Positions 1 to 10,336 are shown, numbered from the stretch's first letter. The stretch is 64,000 nt of DNA from an uncultured Candidatus Entotheonella sp. (GCA_965217185.1 OZ244252.1:1568001-1632000); one strand, 5' to 3'. Program-made: numbers and translations. The notes: generated from the sequence alone by a model not told the origin.

Positions 1-2
1 TC

Positions 3-2039
3 GGCGCCGTTCTGTCGGGACAACTGATCGCCAGGACCGGTGGACGCTACAGGCTGCAGGCCATTGTCAGCACGGGGTTGATGGCGGTGGGGATGTACCT
101 GCTCTCCACCATGAACGAGGACACGAGCCTGGCGCGCGGCATGGGATACGTTTTCGTTACGGGAATCGGGGTGGGCGGAACGCTGTCCACGTTCCGGCTC
201 GCTGTTCAGAACTCGCTGCCGTTCAGGCTGGTGGGCACCGCGACGGCTGCCCTGCAGTTCTACAGGTTGCTGAGCGGCACGATAGGGCTCGCCGTGCTGG
301 GCGCCGTGTTGACGCGCAGCCTCTCCGCGCGGTTGGACGACACGCTCCCGGAAAGCGTCAAGGCCGCGCTGCCGCCGGGCCGTCTCGACGCCATCAAGAA
401 CGACCCTCGGGCACTGGTGGATCCGGTCGCGGCCGACGCTTTAGTGGCCGGACTCGAGGACATAGGGCCGGACGGCGCCGGGATGGCGGACATGCTTCTC
501 GGCTCCCTCAATTCCGCCCTCGCCGGAGCGGTCGGCGACGTGTTCACCATCAGTGCAGGGTTGGTCGTGCTATCCCTCATCGCCGCGATGTTCCTGCATA
601 CGCCGGCTCACGCACGCCGCGCCATGCAACCCTCGGAGCACATGGATCCGACGAGGAGGGCCGTCGTGCTGCGCAACGTGCTGGCCGCTGCCAGTGCGTT
701 GGTCATCCTGTTCATGGGAGCCGTCGGCATGAAAGTGCTGGTCGGCTTGCGCGAGCCGCCGCCGCGTCAGGTCGTCGAGTATCCCGGACCCCTGGTGCGG
801 GTGGTGAGCATCCAGTCGCAGGAAGTGTCGGTAACCGTCCAAGGCTTTGGCACGGTGCGGGCCAAACACGTCTGGAGCGTGGTGCCGGAAGTGTCCGGCC
901 CCGTCGTGCGCCTCTCGCCCAACTTGCGGGCGGGGCTGCCGGTCAGGCAGGGCGACCTGCTGTTTGAGATCGACCCGCGTCCGTACCAGCTTGCCATGCA
1001 GCGCATTCGCGCCCGCGTGCGACAGCACGAAAAGGAAATCGCCGTGCTCATGCAGCAACGCGAGAACCACGTTGACACGTTGCAATTGGCCCGCAACGAT
1101 CTGGCCATCGCCGAGGAAGACCTGCGGCGGGACGAGGAACTGGCCCGCCGCGGCGCCATCTCGACGCGCGAGCGCAACCGCCGGCGCCGGATACGGAACG
1201 AGGTGATGCAGGCGGTTCAGACCGCCGAGCATCTTCTGGCCTTGACCGGTCCGCAGACCGAGCAGGCCGAAGCGGCCGTCGCCGTAGCGCGTGCGGACCT
1301 CGAAACCGCCGAATTGCAACTGAGCAAAACGCGCCTGCTGGCACCGTTTGACGGCCAAGTGATGAGTAGCACGCTCGACCTGGGAGAATTCGTCGGCGCC
1401 GGACGAGAAGTGGCTTCCCTTTACAGCGCGGAGGCGGTGGAGATTCCGGTAGCGGTGCCATTGGATGAATTGCGCTGGCTGCCGATGCTTGCCCCGGAGC
1501 ATTTCGCTCCCGCGCCCCGTGCCGTTCCCCAACCGGGCGCTTCGCTGCCGGCAGCCACGGTTCATTGGCACAGCGGCGGGCGCGATTATACGTGGCGCGG
1601 TGAAGTGGCGCGCTGGGAGGCGGGCATGGACTCGGGAACGCGGACCATGACTCTGGTCATTGAAGTGCGTGACCCATGGGCGTCGTTCCAGCCCGGCGCG
1701 TATCCCGCCCTGCAGCCGGGGATGTTCTGCCGGGTCGAAATTGCCGCCAGAGCGCTGTCCGATGCCGTCGTCATTCCACGCACGGCATTGTACGATGGGA
1801 ACACGGTTTTTCTGGCCGAGGATGGACGCTTGGCGCAGCGTCAGGTGGAAGTGGCGCGTTTCCGGCACGATGAAGCGATTCTCGGCGCGGGTTTGCAGGC
1901 AGGCGACAAACTGGTGGTCTCCGTCCTGAGCGCGCCGGTCGTCGGCATGAAGCTGCGGGTTCTGGGAGCTGAGCCCTCATCGGTTGATCCCACCGCGGTG
2001 GTAACGGAAAGTCTTCCGGTAAAACGTGGGAAACAATAA
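3..2039 (+). CDS. MFS (DHA2/EmrB-like) transporter C-terminal part fused in frame to an RND-type membrane fusion (periplasmic adaptor) protein; 5'-partial
   Basis: Frame is open from base 3. It has MFS helices (LAVQNSLPFRLVGTATAALQFYRLLSGTIG), then a TM anchor and MFP motifs (VVPEVSGPVV, LLFEIDPRPY, TRLLAPFDGQV, LQPGMFCRVEI). Confidence 0.85.
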   Translation, partial: GAVLSGQLIARTGGRYRLQAIVSTGLMAVGMYLLSTMNEDTSLARGMGYVFVTGIGVGGTLSTFRLAVQNSLPFRLVGTATAALQFYRLLSGTIGLAVLGAVLTRSLSARLDDTLPESVKAALPPGRLDAIKNDPRALVDPVAADALVAGLEDIGPDGAGMADMLLGSLNSALAGAVGDVFTISAGLVVLSLIAAMFLHTPAHARRAMQPSEHMDPTRRAVVLRNVLAAASALVILFMGAVGMKVLVGLREPPPRQVVEYPGPLVRVVSIQSQEVSVTVQGFGTVRAKHVWSVVPEVSGPVVRLSPNLRAGLPVRQGDLLFEIDPRPYQLAMQRIRARVRQHEKEIAVLMQQRENHVDTLQLARNDLAIAEEDLRRDEELARRGAISTRERNRRRRIRNEVMQAVQTAEHLLALTGPQTEQAEAAVAVARADLETAELQLSKTRLLAPFDGQVMSSTLDLGEFVGAGREVASLYSAEAVEIPVAVPLDELRWLPMLAPEHFAPAPRAVPQPGASLPAATVHWHSGGRDYTWRGEVARWEAGMDSGTRTMTLVIEVRDPWASFQPGAYPALQPGMFCRVEIAARALSDAVVIPRTALYDGNTVFLAEDGRLAQRQVEVARFRHDEAILGAGLQAGDKLVVSVLSAPVVGMKLRVLGAEPSSVDPTAVVTESLPVKRGKQ

Positions 2040-2041
2040 CC

Positions 2042-3388
2042 ATGCAATCCCGGCAACTTCTCAAAACGGATCCTCTTGCCATTACGAACGCCGCCGCGAG
2101 CAACCGAAACAAGGTGCAGCCCGAAGATCGGCCCGTCCATGACTGGTACCGCTTCGTACTATCGTTCCCCCCGCACTTGGTCCAGACCTACCTGCAACGC
2201 TTCGGGATCGGTTCTCTCGATACCGTTCTGGATCCCTTCTGTGGAACCGGCACGACGTTGGTCGAATGCAAGAAGTCGAGAATTTCCAGCGTAGGAATCG
2301 AGTCCAACCCGATGGCACGGTTCGCCAGTGCCGTGAAGGTCGATTGGTCGATTAGCGGTGGCCGGCTTCGGCAATATGCGGAGGCCGTCGGCTCTTCAAC
2401 GAGAAAAACCCTGACGCAGCAGGGCATTGCCGAATGGAACGACCTCCCACTCTTTACGGCGAGCGGCGGACCGCCCGACCCTCTCCTTGGCCTTTCTACC
2501 GCGCAGTCAAAGCTGCTGCTGAAGAATTCGATCAGTTCGCTCCCCTTGCACAAGACCCTGGTGCTCTTGGAAGCTATTGACAGACAAGGGATCTCACAGG
2601 AGCAGCAATATGGGCGTCTTGCTCTCGCCAATGCGCTTGTGAACCACATCGGCAATTTGAAATTCGGGCCGGAGGTAGGCGTCGGTCACGTCAAGCACGA
2701 TGCACGGGTCGTGGACGTCTGGATCGACATCATGCACACGATCGCCAGCGACATTGAGGCGCACAAAGATCGGGCTGGAATCCCCGCCAAGGTCATGGAG
2801 GCCGACGCACGGGATGCGGGCGAGGTTCTCGAACCGGAGTCGGTGAATACCGTGATTACCTCTCCGCCGTACCCAAACGAAAAAGATTACACCCGTACCA
2901 CCCGGTTGGAGTCGGTCATCCTTGGGCTTATCCGCAGCCGGCAGGACCTGCGTTCGTTGAAACAGAGCCTGATCAGGTCCAACACGCGCGGGGTCTACGT
3001 CACAGACACCGACCACTGCGAGATTGCGGACAACGTCAGGATTCAGCGGATTGCCGACGCCATTGAAGAACGCCGTATCCACTTGGGCAAAACGTCCGGC
3101 TTTGAACGCATGTACGCGCGGGTCACCCGATTGTATTTCGGTGGGATGCATCGCCACCTCGCGTCCCTGCGGCCTGCTCTCAGGCCAGGGGCAAAGCTCG
3201 CTTACGTTGTGGGTGACCAGGCCTCCTATCTGCGTGTCATGATCCGCACCGGCCAGATCCTTTCCGAAATTGCCGAGTCTTTGGGTTACGTCGTCACTGG
3301 GATTGACCTGTTTCGCACCCGGCCGTCCACCGTGACCGGCGAACAGTTAAGGGAAGAGGTCGTTCTGCTGGAATGGCCGGGTCACTGA
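2042..3388 (+). CDS. DNA methyltransferase, probably N4-cytosine, alpha motif order
   Basis: Motif I DPFCGTGTT precedes motif IV TSPPY; HDWYRF at the N-terminus. Confidence 0.88.
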   Translation: MQSRQLLKTDPLAITNAAASNRNKVQPEDRPVHDWYRFVLSFPPHLVQTYLQRFGIGSLDTVLDPFCGTGTTLVECKKSRISSVGIESNPMARFASAVKVDWSISGGRLRQYAEAVGSSTRKTLTQQGIAEWNDLPLFTASGGPPDPLLGLSTAQSKLLLKNSISSLPLHKTLVLLEAIDRQGISQEQQYGRLALANALVNHIGNLKFGPEVGVGHVKHDARVVDVWIDIMHTIASDIEAHKDRAGIPAKVMEADARDAGEVLEPESVNTVITSPPYPNEKDYTRTTRLESVILGLIRSRQDLRSLKQSLIRSNTRGVYVTDTDHCEIADNVRIQRIADAIEERRIHLGKTSGFERMYARVTRLYFGGMHRHLASLRPALRPGAKLAYVVGDQASYLRVMIRTGQILSEIAESLGYVVTGIDLFRTRPSTVTGEQLREEVVLLEWPGH

Positions 3389-3403
3389 TCAAGGAGGCCG
3401 CCC

Positions 3404-3980
3404 ATTCCTACGCAAAACCGTTACGCCACATCATCGAGGCAATTTTCCAAGCCAAATACCAGCCGGACGAGCGCAGTGTCGATTTTGAACGGGAAGATAT
3501 CGTCGCCTTTGCATCCGAGTTGAACGTCAACCTGCCCAAAAATCTCGGTGACCTCATTTACAGCTTCCGATACCGAACGGACCTGCCGGCCGGCATTCTG
3601 AGCACGGCTCCTGGCAGAATCATTTCCGTACCACGGTTCCCGGCATGGGACAGGTGGAGACCGACGAAATGTATGTGGGGGTGGACAGGAGCGGCGCGCA
3701 TTACGTAATACCCGTGCAAGCGAAGAGTGGGAACGACCGGCTCAGTCGCGTACAGATCGAGCAAGATGTCGCTCTGTGTGCGAGCAAATTGCCGTCGCTC
3801 ATCTGTCGCCCCGTGGGCGTCCACATGATGCGGACCGATCAGGTGGCGCTTCTCGAGTTTGAGCAGAATGACGACGACATCAGGGTTGTCGCGGAAAAGC
3901 ATTACCGGCTTGTACCGCCTGACGACGTCACCGATGAAGACTTGATGAGGTACCGGCAACGGATTTCAGACAGGGGATGA
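3404..3980 (+). pseudogene. Disrupted type II restriction endonuclease (PD-(D/E)xK-like)
   Basis: RBS AAGGAGG (3391) is followed by ATT rather than ATG. There is a frameshift near 3427 and a frame junction near 3614. Fragments LPKNLGDLIYSFRYR and QVETDEMY..VQAK remain. Confidence 0.72.
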
Positions 3981-3998
3981 CGGTAAGGATCGTCAAAG

Positions 3999-5855
3999 TT
4001 ACGCCTGCACCGGTAGTACCACGTGCGACGGATGCTCCGGGTCGTGGTAGACCGTCTGGTGGGCTTCCTGGCAGCGTTGCTCCAGGCCGAGGGAACCGCC
4101 GGTGTTCGGGTTGACGTCGAAACGCGGCCAGTTGCTGCTGCTGACGTCGAGGCGGACGCGGTGGCCGGACTTGAAGACATTTGAGGTGGGATAGAGGAAG
4201 AAGACGAACTCGTACGCCTGACCCGGTGTGAGCAGTTTCGGCTTTTCATAGCTGTTGCGGTAGCGCGCCCGGATGATGGAATCCGTGATGTTGATAGCCA
4301 GGCCGTCCGGGTGCTCCGCGCTGGGCGGGTAGACGTCGATGAGCTTGGCAGTGAAATCCGTATCCAAGGCCGATGACGACGCCCACAGGTGCATCTCGAT
4401 GGGTCCGGCGACCTCAAGCGTCTTCTCGAGCGGCGGCGTCTCGAAGGTGAGCACGTCGGGCCGCGCGTTCAGCGGCAATGTATCCCGGCAGCCGAAGAAA
4501 TCGGCGCGGCCGCGCTGGTCAAAGCCGCCGGGCTGCATGGCGTCATCCACGGCGGAAATGCCGCCGCCGATGGTCGGCACGGGATTCCGGGGATCAAACG
4601 TATAGCGGCTGGGCTCAGAACCGCCGGCCGGCGGTTCGTGCGGCGACAGTAAGCCGTCGCTGTGCAGAAAATACGGCACAAAGCGCGTCTCCGGCAGCGG
4701 CCAGTCGGAGGCGTCGCGCCAGTAGCCGCCGTGATGGATGCGCCCCGGGAAATCGGCAGGGCCGCCCGGCGCCCCTTGGATGACGCGGCGGCCATCGCCG
4801 GTGCCCATGGTGAAAAAGCGCACCGGCGACCAATCCGCCGCTTCGCTGCGCAGGCCCTTCAGCCAGTGGTCGAACCATAGCAGCTTCATGTCCAGGTAAT
4901 TGACGTGCGCTTCCGTGCCGAAGTCGAGGTCGCCTGAGTACGTCACCTCATACTGACCATGCGTCCACGGTCCCATCAGCAGGTACTGCGGCGATTGCTT
5001 GAGGGCGCTGAGGCGCGTGTAGCTTTCGGGGGTGTTGCGGGCGTAGGAATCGTACCAGCCGCCCCAGTATAGTGTCGGCACATCGGCGTGCTCGTCGTAG
5101 TACTCGCTCGGCGTGTAGCCCCTGAAGCCCTTCCAGTAGTCGTCGTAATCCGCATGGGTGAGCACGTCCAAGGCCCAACGTTCATACGACGGCAGGCGGC
5201 GCAGCAGCGTCGTGCCGGCCTTGAGAGGGAACTGCCGCACCATCTCGGGAATCTTTTCCATGAGCACCTGCTGCAGCGCAGTCTTCAAGGCGGGATCGGC
5301 CTCGGCCTCCTTGCTGGTCGCCGCCATGCGAAAGGCATAGATCAGAAACCGCTGCTCCAGGGCGCCGTTGTGGCGCATGGAACTGTGGTAGTAATTCGAG
5401 GCGCCGACCGCCACGATCATCGTCGCCAAGTGCGGCGGGTTCAGCGTGGCCAGTGCGCTCTGGTCGCTGCCGGCGTAGGAATCGCCCATGGTGCCGACCT
5501 TGCCCGTGCTCCAGGGCTGGGTGCCGAGCCACTCCACCGTTGCGTAGCCGTCGTCCGCCTCCTTGGCGAAGGCGTACCACTCCCCTTCCGAGGCAAACCG
5601 CCCGCGTACGTCCTGAATCACACACACGTAGCCGCGCCGCGCAAAATACTTGCCCTTGGTCACTTGTGCCGGCGCCGCCTTGTTGTACGGCGTGCGCTCC
5701 AGAATTACCGGAAACGTCCCCGGCGCGCGGGCACCGTCGAGGGCGGGGAAATAGATGTCGGCGGCTAGTCTGACGCCATCCGGCATGGGGGTCACGATGT
5801 TATGCTCGATGGAGACGTTATATGCCTGATGGGATCCTTCGTAATTATTCGCCAT
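3999..5855 (-). CDS. CocE/NonD family serine hydrolase
   Basis: MPDGVRLAADIY, RTPYNK, QDVRGRFASEG, nucleophile GDSYAG, GPWTHG, SSSNWPRFDVNPNTG. Confidence 0.92.
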   Translation of the reverse strand: MANNYEGSHQAYNVSIEHNIVTPMPDGVRLAADIYFPALDGARAPGTFPVILERTPYNKAAPAQVTKGKYFARRGYVCVIQDVRGRFASEGEWYAFAKEADDGYATVEWLGTQPWSTGKVGTMGDSYAGSDQSALATLNPPHLATMIVAVGASNYYHSSMRHNGALEQRFLIYAFRMAATSKEAEADPALKTALQQVLMEKIPEMVRQFPLKAGTTLLRRLPSYERWALDVLTHADYDDYWKGFRGYTPSEYYDEHADVPTLYWGGWYDSYARNTPESYTRLSALKQSPQYLLMGPWTHGQYEVTYSGDLDFGTEAHVNYLDMKLLWFDHWLKGLRSEAADWSPVRFFTMGTGDGRRVIQGAPGGPADFPGRIHHGGYWRDASDWPLPETRFVPYFLHSDGLLSPHEPPAGGSEPSRYTFDPRNPVPTIGGGISAVDDAMQPGGFDQRGRADFFGCRDTLPLNARPDVLTFETPPLEKTLEVAGPIEMHLWASSSALDTDFTAKLIDVYPPSAEHPDGLAINITDSIIRARYRNSYEKPKLLTPGQAYEFVFFLYPTSNVFKSGHRVRLDVSSSNWPRFDVNPNTGGSLGLEQRCQEAHQTVYHDPEHPSHVVLPVQA

Positions 5856-6297
5856 GACCTTCCCTTTGCTCTTGAGCTGCCCGGATCATGCCGAAAGCGC
5901 CCGCTAGCAGTGCTTCCTGATCATGCAGGTGGGCGAGCTCATCGGCGCCATGAACGCCCTCATGGACCTCGAGGGAAGCCCAATCCAGGGCTGATTCATA
6001 GGTCTCGGCCAGTAGCGCCGACAGGTTTTCATCGCTGAGATACCAGCTGCCGGCCTGTCGCCGCTTGTTGACTGTTACAATTTGCCGCAAGGCATGCCGG
6101 ATAGACACCTCCCAAGATTTCGTGCTGCGGCCTTCAACTGCCTGTTTGATTCTATGGACAAGCAACACCCGCATATAGCTGGCGATCTTCTGAACTTTGT
6201 CGTCACGGCTCATCTCTTCCATTTCGTCCACAAGCGCCAAGGCAGTTTGCAGGTCACCCGATTCCAGGGCCTGGCGGATTTCCCAAAGTTCTTCCAT
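5845..6297 (-). CDS. DUF29 family protein
   Basis: EMEEMSRDDK..IASYMRVLLVH..RSTKSWEVSI pattern; overlaps the cocE start. Confidence 0.75.
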   Translation of the reverse strand: MEELWEIRQALESGDLQTALALVDEMEEMSRDDKVQKIASYMRVLLVHRIKQAVEGRSTKSWEVSIRHALRQIVTVNKRRQAGSWYLSDENLSALLAETYESALDWASLEVHEGVHGADELAHLHDQEALLAGAFGMIRAAQEQREGHGE

Positions 6298-6486
6298 ACG
6301 CTTCGTCCTCTGAAATCGACGGTTCACGCCTTCCCGAGCGAGCCTCTTTCTTGGTTCGGTCCGCCATCATAACATAGGGTACGCGGGTCACGTTGAAGCC
6401 CTTCGGTGCTTCTGGTAGCGTGTGGCATGATGATGTAGTCAAAGCTAACAACAAGTGGTGTGACCCGCCATCAGGGGGAGAATACA

Positions 6487-7344
6487 TTGGGCAAGCTGGA
6501 CGGCAAGGTAACGATCGTCACGGGGGCAAGCCGAGGTATCGGGGCTGAAATTGCCAAGTTGTTCGCAGCGGAGGGCGGCAAAGTCGTCTGCGTGGCGCGG
6601 ACGGTGCAGGAAGGCACGCACCCGCTGGAGGGTTCGCTGGAAAAAACGGTCGCCGACATTCGAGCGGCGGGCGGCGAAGCCAGCGCGGTGCAGGCCAACA
6701 TCTCGCTGCCGGAGGAGTGCGAGGCGCTCGTGCAGGAGACTCGGCGGCTTTACGGCCCGGTGCAGGTCCTGGTCAACAACGCGGCCCTCACCTACTTCCT
6801 GCCGATACGGGATTATGCCCTGAACCGCTGGATGCGCTCGTGGGCCGTGAATCTCCACGCCCCGTTCATCCTCAGCCAGTTGGTGCTGGACGACATGGTA
6901 GAAGCCCGCAGCGGCAGCATCGTCAACATCTCGTCGGCCGCCGCGGTGGGGCCCGGCCGAGGGCCGTATCCCGACGACAGCAGCGCGTTGCGCGGCAGCA
7001 CCTGTTACGGCGCCGAAAAAGCGGCCCTCGAGCGCTTCAGCCAGGGCTTGGCGCACGAGGTCTACCCGTTCGGTGTCTCAATTACCTGCGTCTCGCCCTC
7101 GCTCGTCGTCCCGACACCGGGAACGGTGTTTCACAACCTCGTTACCGGCATGGACGACCCGCGCGGTGAGCCTCCCGAACTAATGGCGCAAGCGGCTCTA
7201 CTGCTGGCCACGGAACCGCTGGATGCCGTTACCGGACGAGTGACTTACAGCCAGCAAATTCTCCTGGAATACGGCCTGATCAAAGAGGGCAGAGGCCGCG
7301 GCGTGGATCCCAACATGCCGACGACCTGCTACAGCCAACGCTAG
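6487..7344 (+). CDS. Short-chain dehydrogenase/reductase (SDR)
   Basis: TGASRGIG, NNAA, YGAEK catalytic YxxxK; TTG start after GGGGAG. Confidence 0.92.
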   Translation: MGKLDGKVTIVTGASRGIGAEIAKLFAAEGGKVVCVARTVQEGTHPLEGSLEKTVADIRAAGGEASAVQANISLPEECEALVQETRRLYGPVQVLVNNAALTYFLPIRDYALNRWMRSWAVNLHAPFILSQLVLDDMVEARSGSIVNISSAAAVGPGRGPYPDDSSALRGSTCYGAEKAALERFSQGLAHEVYPFGVSITCVSPSLVVPTPGTVFHNLVTGMDDPRGEPPELMAQAALLLATEPLDAVTGRVTYSQQILLEYGLIKEGRGRGVDPNMPTTCYSQR

Positions 7345-7458
7345 CTCGGGGGCGCTTGACCCCGGTTGGCGGGCATGGGATGATCCACGGCTTGTCAGCC
7401 CACCTTTTTTGCCAAATCAATCGCAACACAACGCAACCCCCATCGCCCAAGAGGAGAG

Positions 7459-8301
7459 GTGAAAATGCTCATTGGCGTCAGCATGTTCGCAACCGATTAC
7501 GCCATCCAAATCGATGACTTGGCACGCGAGGCCGAGGCCCGAGGCTTTGAATCGCTGTGGGTTCCCGAACACACCCACATCCCCAGCAGCCGGCGGACAC
7601 CGTGGCCGGGCGGCGCCGAATTGCCGAAGGAATACAGCCATTCATACGACCCGTTCGTGGCCCTCATGTTCGCCGCTGCAGTCACCAGCACTATCAAGAT
7701 CGGCACCGCCATCTGTCTGGTCATCGAGCGCGACACCATCACCATGGCCAAGGAAATCGCCAGCCTCGACCGTCTCTCGGGTGGACGTTTTCTGTTCGGC
7801 GTCGGCGGCGGCTGGAACGCCGAAGAGATGGAGCACCACGGCACGGCATTCAAGACACGCTTCAAAAAAATGGTCGAGCAGGTGCAGGCCCTGAAAACCA
7901 TCTGGACGCAGGACGAAGCTGAGTTCCACGGTGATTTTGTCAACTTCGACGCGCTGTGGTCGTGGCCCAAACCCCTGCAGCAGCCGCACCCGCCGATCTT
8001 CCTCGGCGGCGAGACGTCTTACACCCTGCAGCGCGTGGTGGATTACTGCGACGGCTGGTTGCCGCGCAGCCGCCGTCCGGAACTGATCCTGCAAGGGATC
8101 GGCGAACTCAGGGAACGCGCTGCCAAAGCGGGACGCGACATGAAGACGATCTCCGTCACTGCCTCAGGTGCCCCCGGGGACCCCAAGTTGGTCGACAGCT
8201 ACCGCGAAGCCGGCTGCGATCGCTGCATTTTCAGCCTGCCGTCGGCTGAGCGCGACACCGTGCTGCCCCTCCTCGACAAATACGCGTCCTTCATTCAGTA
8301 G
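7459..8301 (+). CDS. LLM-class (probably F420-dependent) oxidoreductase
   Basis: GFESLWVPEHTHIP, DPFVAL, LDRLSGGRFLFGVGGGWNAEEM, WPKPLQQPHPPI. Confidence 0.88.
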   Translation: MKMLIGVSMFATDYAIQIDDLAREAEARGFESLWVPEHTHIPSSRRTPWPGGAELPKEYSHSYDPFVALMFAAAVTSTIKIGTAICLVIERDTITMAKEIASLDRLSGGRFLFGVGGGWNAEEMEHHGTAFKTRFKKMVEQVQALKTIWTQDEAEFHGDFVNFDALWSWPKPLQQPHPPIFLGGETSYTLQRVVDYCDGWLPRSRRPELILQGIGELRERAAKAGRDMKTISVTASGAPGDPKLVDSYREAGCDRCIFSLPSAERDTVLPLLDKYASFIQ

Positions 8302-8331
8302 GGACGGCTTCCAAATAGGGACTTCATTCAC

Positions 8332-9432
8332 ATGGAATTGGAAAAGCTGACGCTTCAGCACGTTGACGTGCAGGCCGTGCTGGTGCCGCTCAACCGCCCG
8401 GTGGTTTCCAGGGTCGGCCTGTACGAAGAATGGCCGCTCATTTTGATCGATCTCCACACCCACGAGGGCGTCGTTGGCCGCAGTTACCTGGCACCGTACC
8501 TGAAGCAATCGATAGCCTACCTCGTACCGGCCATTCACGACTTGGCCAAGGCGTGGCAAGGCCGGGCCTTGGCGCCTGTGGATGCTTATCAAACGGGGAG
8601 AAAGTCGCTCAGTTTGGTGGGACTGGAGGGCATGTCATTGATCGCCGTCTCGGGCCTTGACATGGCGGCCTGGGATGCACTGGCAAAAGCCGCGAACCTG
8701 CCGTTGGCCGTCCTGCTCGGCGGCTCGCTGGCGCCGGTGCCAGCCTACAACAGCAACGGCCTGTGGCTGACGCCCCTGGACACGCAGGCCGAGGAGGCGG
8801 CGGCACTGGCGGAAGAGGGCGGTTTCACGGCGCTCAAACTTCGACTGGGGCGGGCCAGCCTTGACGACGACCTGACGGCCATCAGCAACGTGCGCGACGC
8901 GGTCGGCGAGGACATCAAGCTGATGTGCGATTTCAATCAGGGCTTGTCGCTCGGCGATGCCCTGGTTCGCTGCCACGACCTGGACGGCGAGGGGCTCTAC
9001 TGGTTTGAAGAACCCATCGCCTACAACAATCTGACCGGCTATGTGCAGTTGACCGGCGAACTGGCCACCCCGGTGCAACTCGGCGAGAATTTCTACGGGC
9101 CGCGCGCCGTGTACGAAGCGCTGCTTGCGGGTGCCGGCGATTACATTATGCCGGACCTGATGCGTATCGGCGGGGTGACGGGCTGGATGCGGGCCGCCGC
9201 CATTGCCGGCGTGGCCGGTATCGAGATGTCATCGCATCTCTACCCGGAAGTATCCAGCCATTTGCTGCGCGTCAGCGAGACCGGGCATTGGCTGGAGTGG
9301 CAGGATTGGTGCGAGCTCATCCTGGCAGATCCATTCAAACTGCAGGATGGACATCTGATGATTCCGGACGTGCCCGGCAACGGCTTGGCCTGGAACGCCG
9401 ACGCCGTTGCCCGCTACCGGTTCGAACCCTGA
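8332..9432 (+). CDS. Mandelate racemase/enolase superfamily protein
   Basis: SGLDMAAWDALAK, KLRLG, DFNQ, WFEEP, GENF, MPDLMRIGGVTG, SSHLY. Confidence 0.9.
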   Translation: MELEKLTLQHVDVQAVLVPLNRPVVSRVGLYEEWPLILIDLHTHEGVVGRSYLAPYLKQSIAYLVPAIHDLAKAWQGRALAPVDAYQTGRKSLSLVGLEGMSLIAVSGLDMAAWDALAKAANLPLAVLLGGSLAPVPAYNSNGLWLTPLDTQAEEAAALAEEGGFTALKLRLGRASLDDDLTAISNVRDAVGEDIKLMCDFNQGLSLGDALVRCHDLDGEGLYWFEEPIAYNNLTGYVQLTGELATPVQLGENFYGPRAVYEALLAGAGDYIMPDLMRIGGVTGWMRAAAIAGVAGIEMSSHLYPEVSSHLLRVSETGHWLEWQDWCELILADPFKLQDGHLMIPDVPGNGLAWNADAVARYRFEP

Positions 9433-9435
9433 TGT

Positions 9436-9837
9436 TTACGGGGTGTAGGTGAGGGTAAACCGGCCGGTGGTGCGGTGGGAATCGACGGAGAGAACCCGCC
9501 ACTTGATGAGGTACAGCCCGGCGGCTAAGTCTTCGGGCAGGCGGACGGCCAGTTCCTGGGTTACGGCAGGGCCTTCCGCCATCCCAACGTCGACGCGTTC
9601 CTGGGGTTTGACTTCGCCCGTTTCGGCGTCTCGCAACGCACGGTGCACCGTGACTTGGCTGAAACGGCTTTCGACACGCTCGCTGAACGACAGGCGGATC
9701 GCTTCAGGAAGCTGGGCGATTTCGGAATCAGCAGCCGGTTGGCTGCGAGTCAGCATTCCGTGCGACACCGAGATGGACGGCAGTAATACGGTCAACGCGA
9801 CTAGGGCCAGCCAGCGACTTATCTGAGCGATAGTCAT
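9436..9837 (-). CDS. copC: CopC family periplasmic copper-binding protein
   Basis: Signal peptide then mature N-terminal His (HGMLTRSQP); LSFSERVE; WRVLSVDSHRTTG. Confidence 0.82.
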   Translation of the reverse strand: MTIAQISRWLALVALTVLLPSISVSHGMLTRSQPAADSEIAQLPEAIRLSFSERVESRFSQVTVHRALRDAETGEVKPQERVDVGMAEGPAVTQELAVRLPEDLAAGLYLIKWRVLSVDSHRTTGRFTLTYTP

Positions 9838-9854
9838 ATCGATAGGCTCTCCAT

Positions 9855-10331
9855 CTAACGGGTCTGCAGTTCTACCCGGGTAACCCGCCGGCCATCGTAG
9901 GTGAAGCGGATTTCGAATCCGACCGCGCCGCCGAGGCAGGCACTCCGGCAACGCAAAGCGTAGCGCACCATCCAGGGCGCGCCGATACCGCTTGGACGCT
10001 TGAAACGCGCTGTGGTGTGGTTGTGGGCTTTGAATTCGCTCACGTACCGCCGTACGGCCTCCCAATGCTGGGGCTCCCGGCATGACAGGGCGGGCTGCAA
10101 CGGCTCATCCGATGCGTTCCCTATGCGCCGGGTCATGACGCTGTCCATGGCAATTCTACAATCCGGGTGGAATTGCTCCAGGACGGCTTTTTCCGGTGCC
10201 GCAGGACTGACCATGTCCAGCATCAACGCCTCACCGTCCAGCCAAGTGTCCCGCACCTCCTGCCCCATCACCAGCGCCGGGGCCAGCGCCATGAAGAGCA
10301 AGAGAAAAATCGCAACCGGTATCCGGGCCAT
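9855..10331 (-). CDS. Hypothetical secreted protein
   Basis: Signal peptide (..ALAPALVMG); four Cys; tightly packed between the esterase and copC. Confidence 0.65.
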   Translation of the reverse strand: MARIPVAIFLLLFMALAPALVMGQEVRDTWLDGEALMLDMVSPAAPEKAVLEQFHPDCRIAMDSVMTRRIGNASDEPLQPALSCREPQHWEAVRRYVSEFKAHNHTTARFKRPSGIGAPWMVRYALRCRSACLGGAVGFEIRFTYDGRRVTRVELQTR

Positions 10332-10336
10332 GCGTC

